From the NCBI GenBank assembly GCA_964498105.1, contig CAZCGD010000566.1, forward strand, positions 1-43,076: a stretch of 43,076 nucleotides of DNA, given 5' to 3'. Within the stretch, counting starts at the first letter, position 1; each line of letters opens with the position of its first letter. The DNA comes from an uncultured Streptomycetaceae bacterium (GTDB taxonomy: Bacteria; Pseudomonadota; Gammaproteobacteria; Burkholderiales; SG8-41). Shown in pieces: positions 42,031-43,076 of this stretch. The position numbers were made by a program, and so were the translations under genes. The notes beneath the pieces are model-generated. The model was not told the origin of the DNA. It saw only the letters and a list, made by a program, of their open reading frames with translations, and made no database searches.

Positions 42031-43017
42031 ATGTCGCTGGGCAGCGTTTTCAGGTCGTTAGCGCGCTCGATCGTTGCGGTGGCCATGCTGGGAGCGGCGC
42101 CCGCGGGACTGGCCCAGAGCTATCCCTTCAAGCCGGTGCGGTTGGTCCTGCCATACCCTCCGGGCGGCGGCTCAGACACGATCGGCCGGCCGCTCGCGCA
42201 GAAGATGGGCGAGGGCCTGGGCCAGCAGGTAATCGTCGAGAACCGCGGCGGCGCCAACGGCAATATCGGCATGGAATACGCGGCGCGCGCCGCGCCCGAC
42301 GGCTATACGCTGGTATTCGCGCTGACGGCACAACTGGCCGTCAATCCCGGCCTCTACCAGAAGATGCCCTACGACCCGCTCAAGGATTTCGCGCCGATCA
42401 CGCTGCTCGGTGCGGGGGGCTACATCCTGGTTGTCCATCCCTCGCTCCCCGTAAAATCGGTCAAGGAACTCATCGCGTTCGCCAGGTCGCGGCCCGGGCA
42501 GATCGCTTATTCCTCCTCCGGAAACGGCAGCGGCGGCCATCTCGCGGCCGAATTGCTGAACAGCATGGCCGGCATCAGGATGCTGCACGTGCCGTACAAG
42601 GGAGGTGGCCCGGCGCTGATGGACCTGATCGCGGGGCAGGTGCAGGTCCTGTTCTCGACCCAGCTGGCCTCGTGGCCGCACGTGCAAAGCGGCCGCATTC
42701 GCGCGCTGGCCTCGAGCATCGCGAAACGTCCTGCCTCGCTGCCCGATCTGCCGACCGTCGCAGAGGCCGGCGTGCCGGGTTTCGACGCGGGCGTGTGGTA
42801 TGGCGTGCTCGCGCCGGCCGGAACGCCGCGCGAGATCGTGATGCGGCTGAACGGCGAGATCGCGCGCGTGCTGAAGCAGCCCGACTACCGCAACCTGCTG
42901 GTGAACAACACCATAGAGCCGATCGGCAGCCCGCCCGAGGAGCTGGCGCGCTACATCAAGAGCGAACTCGTGAAATGGGCGAAGGTGATCAGGGACGCCA
43001 ACGTGCGGGTGGATTAA
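42031..43017 (+). CDS. Bug-family (TTT) periplasmic binding protein
   Basis: It has a signal peptide and the motifs KPVRLVLPYPPGGGSD, VENRGGANG and HVPYKGG. RBS GGGGAGG is present. Confidence 0.9.
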   Translation: MSLGSVFRSLARSIVAVAMLGAAPAGLAQSYPFKPVRLVLPYPPGGGSDTIGRPLAQKMGEGLGQQVIVENRGGANGNIGMEYAARAAPDGYTLVFALTAQLAVNPGLYQKMPYDPLKDFAPITLLGAGGYILVVHPSLPVKSVKELIAFARSRPGQIAYSSSGNGSGGHLAAELLNSMAGIRMLHVPYKGGGPALMDLIAGQVQVLFSTQLASWPHVQSGRIRALASSIAKRPASLPDLPTVAEAGVPGFDAGVWYGVLAPAGTPREIVMRLNGEIARVLKQPDYRNLLVNNTIEPIGSPPEELARYIKSELVKWAKVIRDANVRVD

Positions 43018-43030
43018 AGGAGGGATGGAC

Positions 43031-43076
43031 ATGCGACCGTTTGAAGGAGTGAAAATTCTCGATTGCACCCACGTGC
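43031..43076 (+). CDS. Probable family III CoA-transferase (CaiB/BaiF-like), first 15 codons only
   Basis: AAGGAGG lies 6 nt upstream. MRPFEGVKILDCTHV resembles the typical P..G.(K/R)(I/V)LD... N-terminus of CaiB-family proteins. The fragment is too short for certainty. Confidence 0.45.
   Translation, partial: MRPFEGVKILDCTHV

Overview
High-GC proteobacterial chromosomal window. The many Bug/TTT solute-binding genes suggest a Burkholderiales-like organism, but that cannot be proven from the sequence alone. Layout: (1) housekeeping block ribF(partial)-ileS-lspA-ispH on the + strand. (2) Convergent to it, two complete, tandem, strongly diverged type IVa minor-pilin/PilY1 modules on the - strand, each ordered pilE-fimT/U-pilV-pilW-pilX-pilY1, separated by a secreted TonB_C-domain gene. 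(3) An Irr-like Fur-family regulator and tRNA-Thr(CGU). (4) A catabolic mosaic: SDR, acyl-CoA dehydrogenase, three full-length Bug binding proteins plus one Bug relic, a gentisate-type cluster with two divergent PhzS-like flavin monooxygenases, prpD, a PA4872-like oxaloacetate decarboxylase, a CMD-family decarboxylase, an acyl-CoA ligase, two tandem PQQ-type sugar dehydrogenases with a diheme cytochrome c, and a CaiB-like start at the window edge. (5) A small lower-GC insert carrying a membrane protein and a Fic gene. The most unusual signal is non-coding. At least nine AT-rich hairpin elements sit on or right next to gene boundaries, mostly just after stop codons. Their arms are tandem arrays of 7-10 nt words. 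They include three two-copy families and one 248-bp element with perfect terminal inverted repeats. One element brackets the pilX-2 start codon. I could not match them to any named repeat family from memory. All functional calls rest on reading the translated ORFs by eye; no searches were run.
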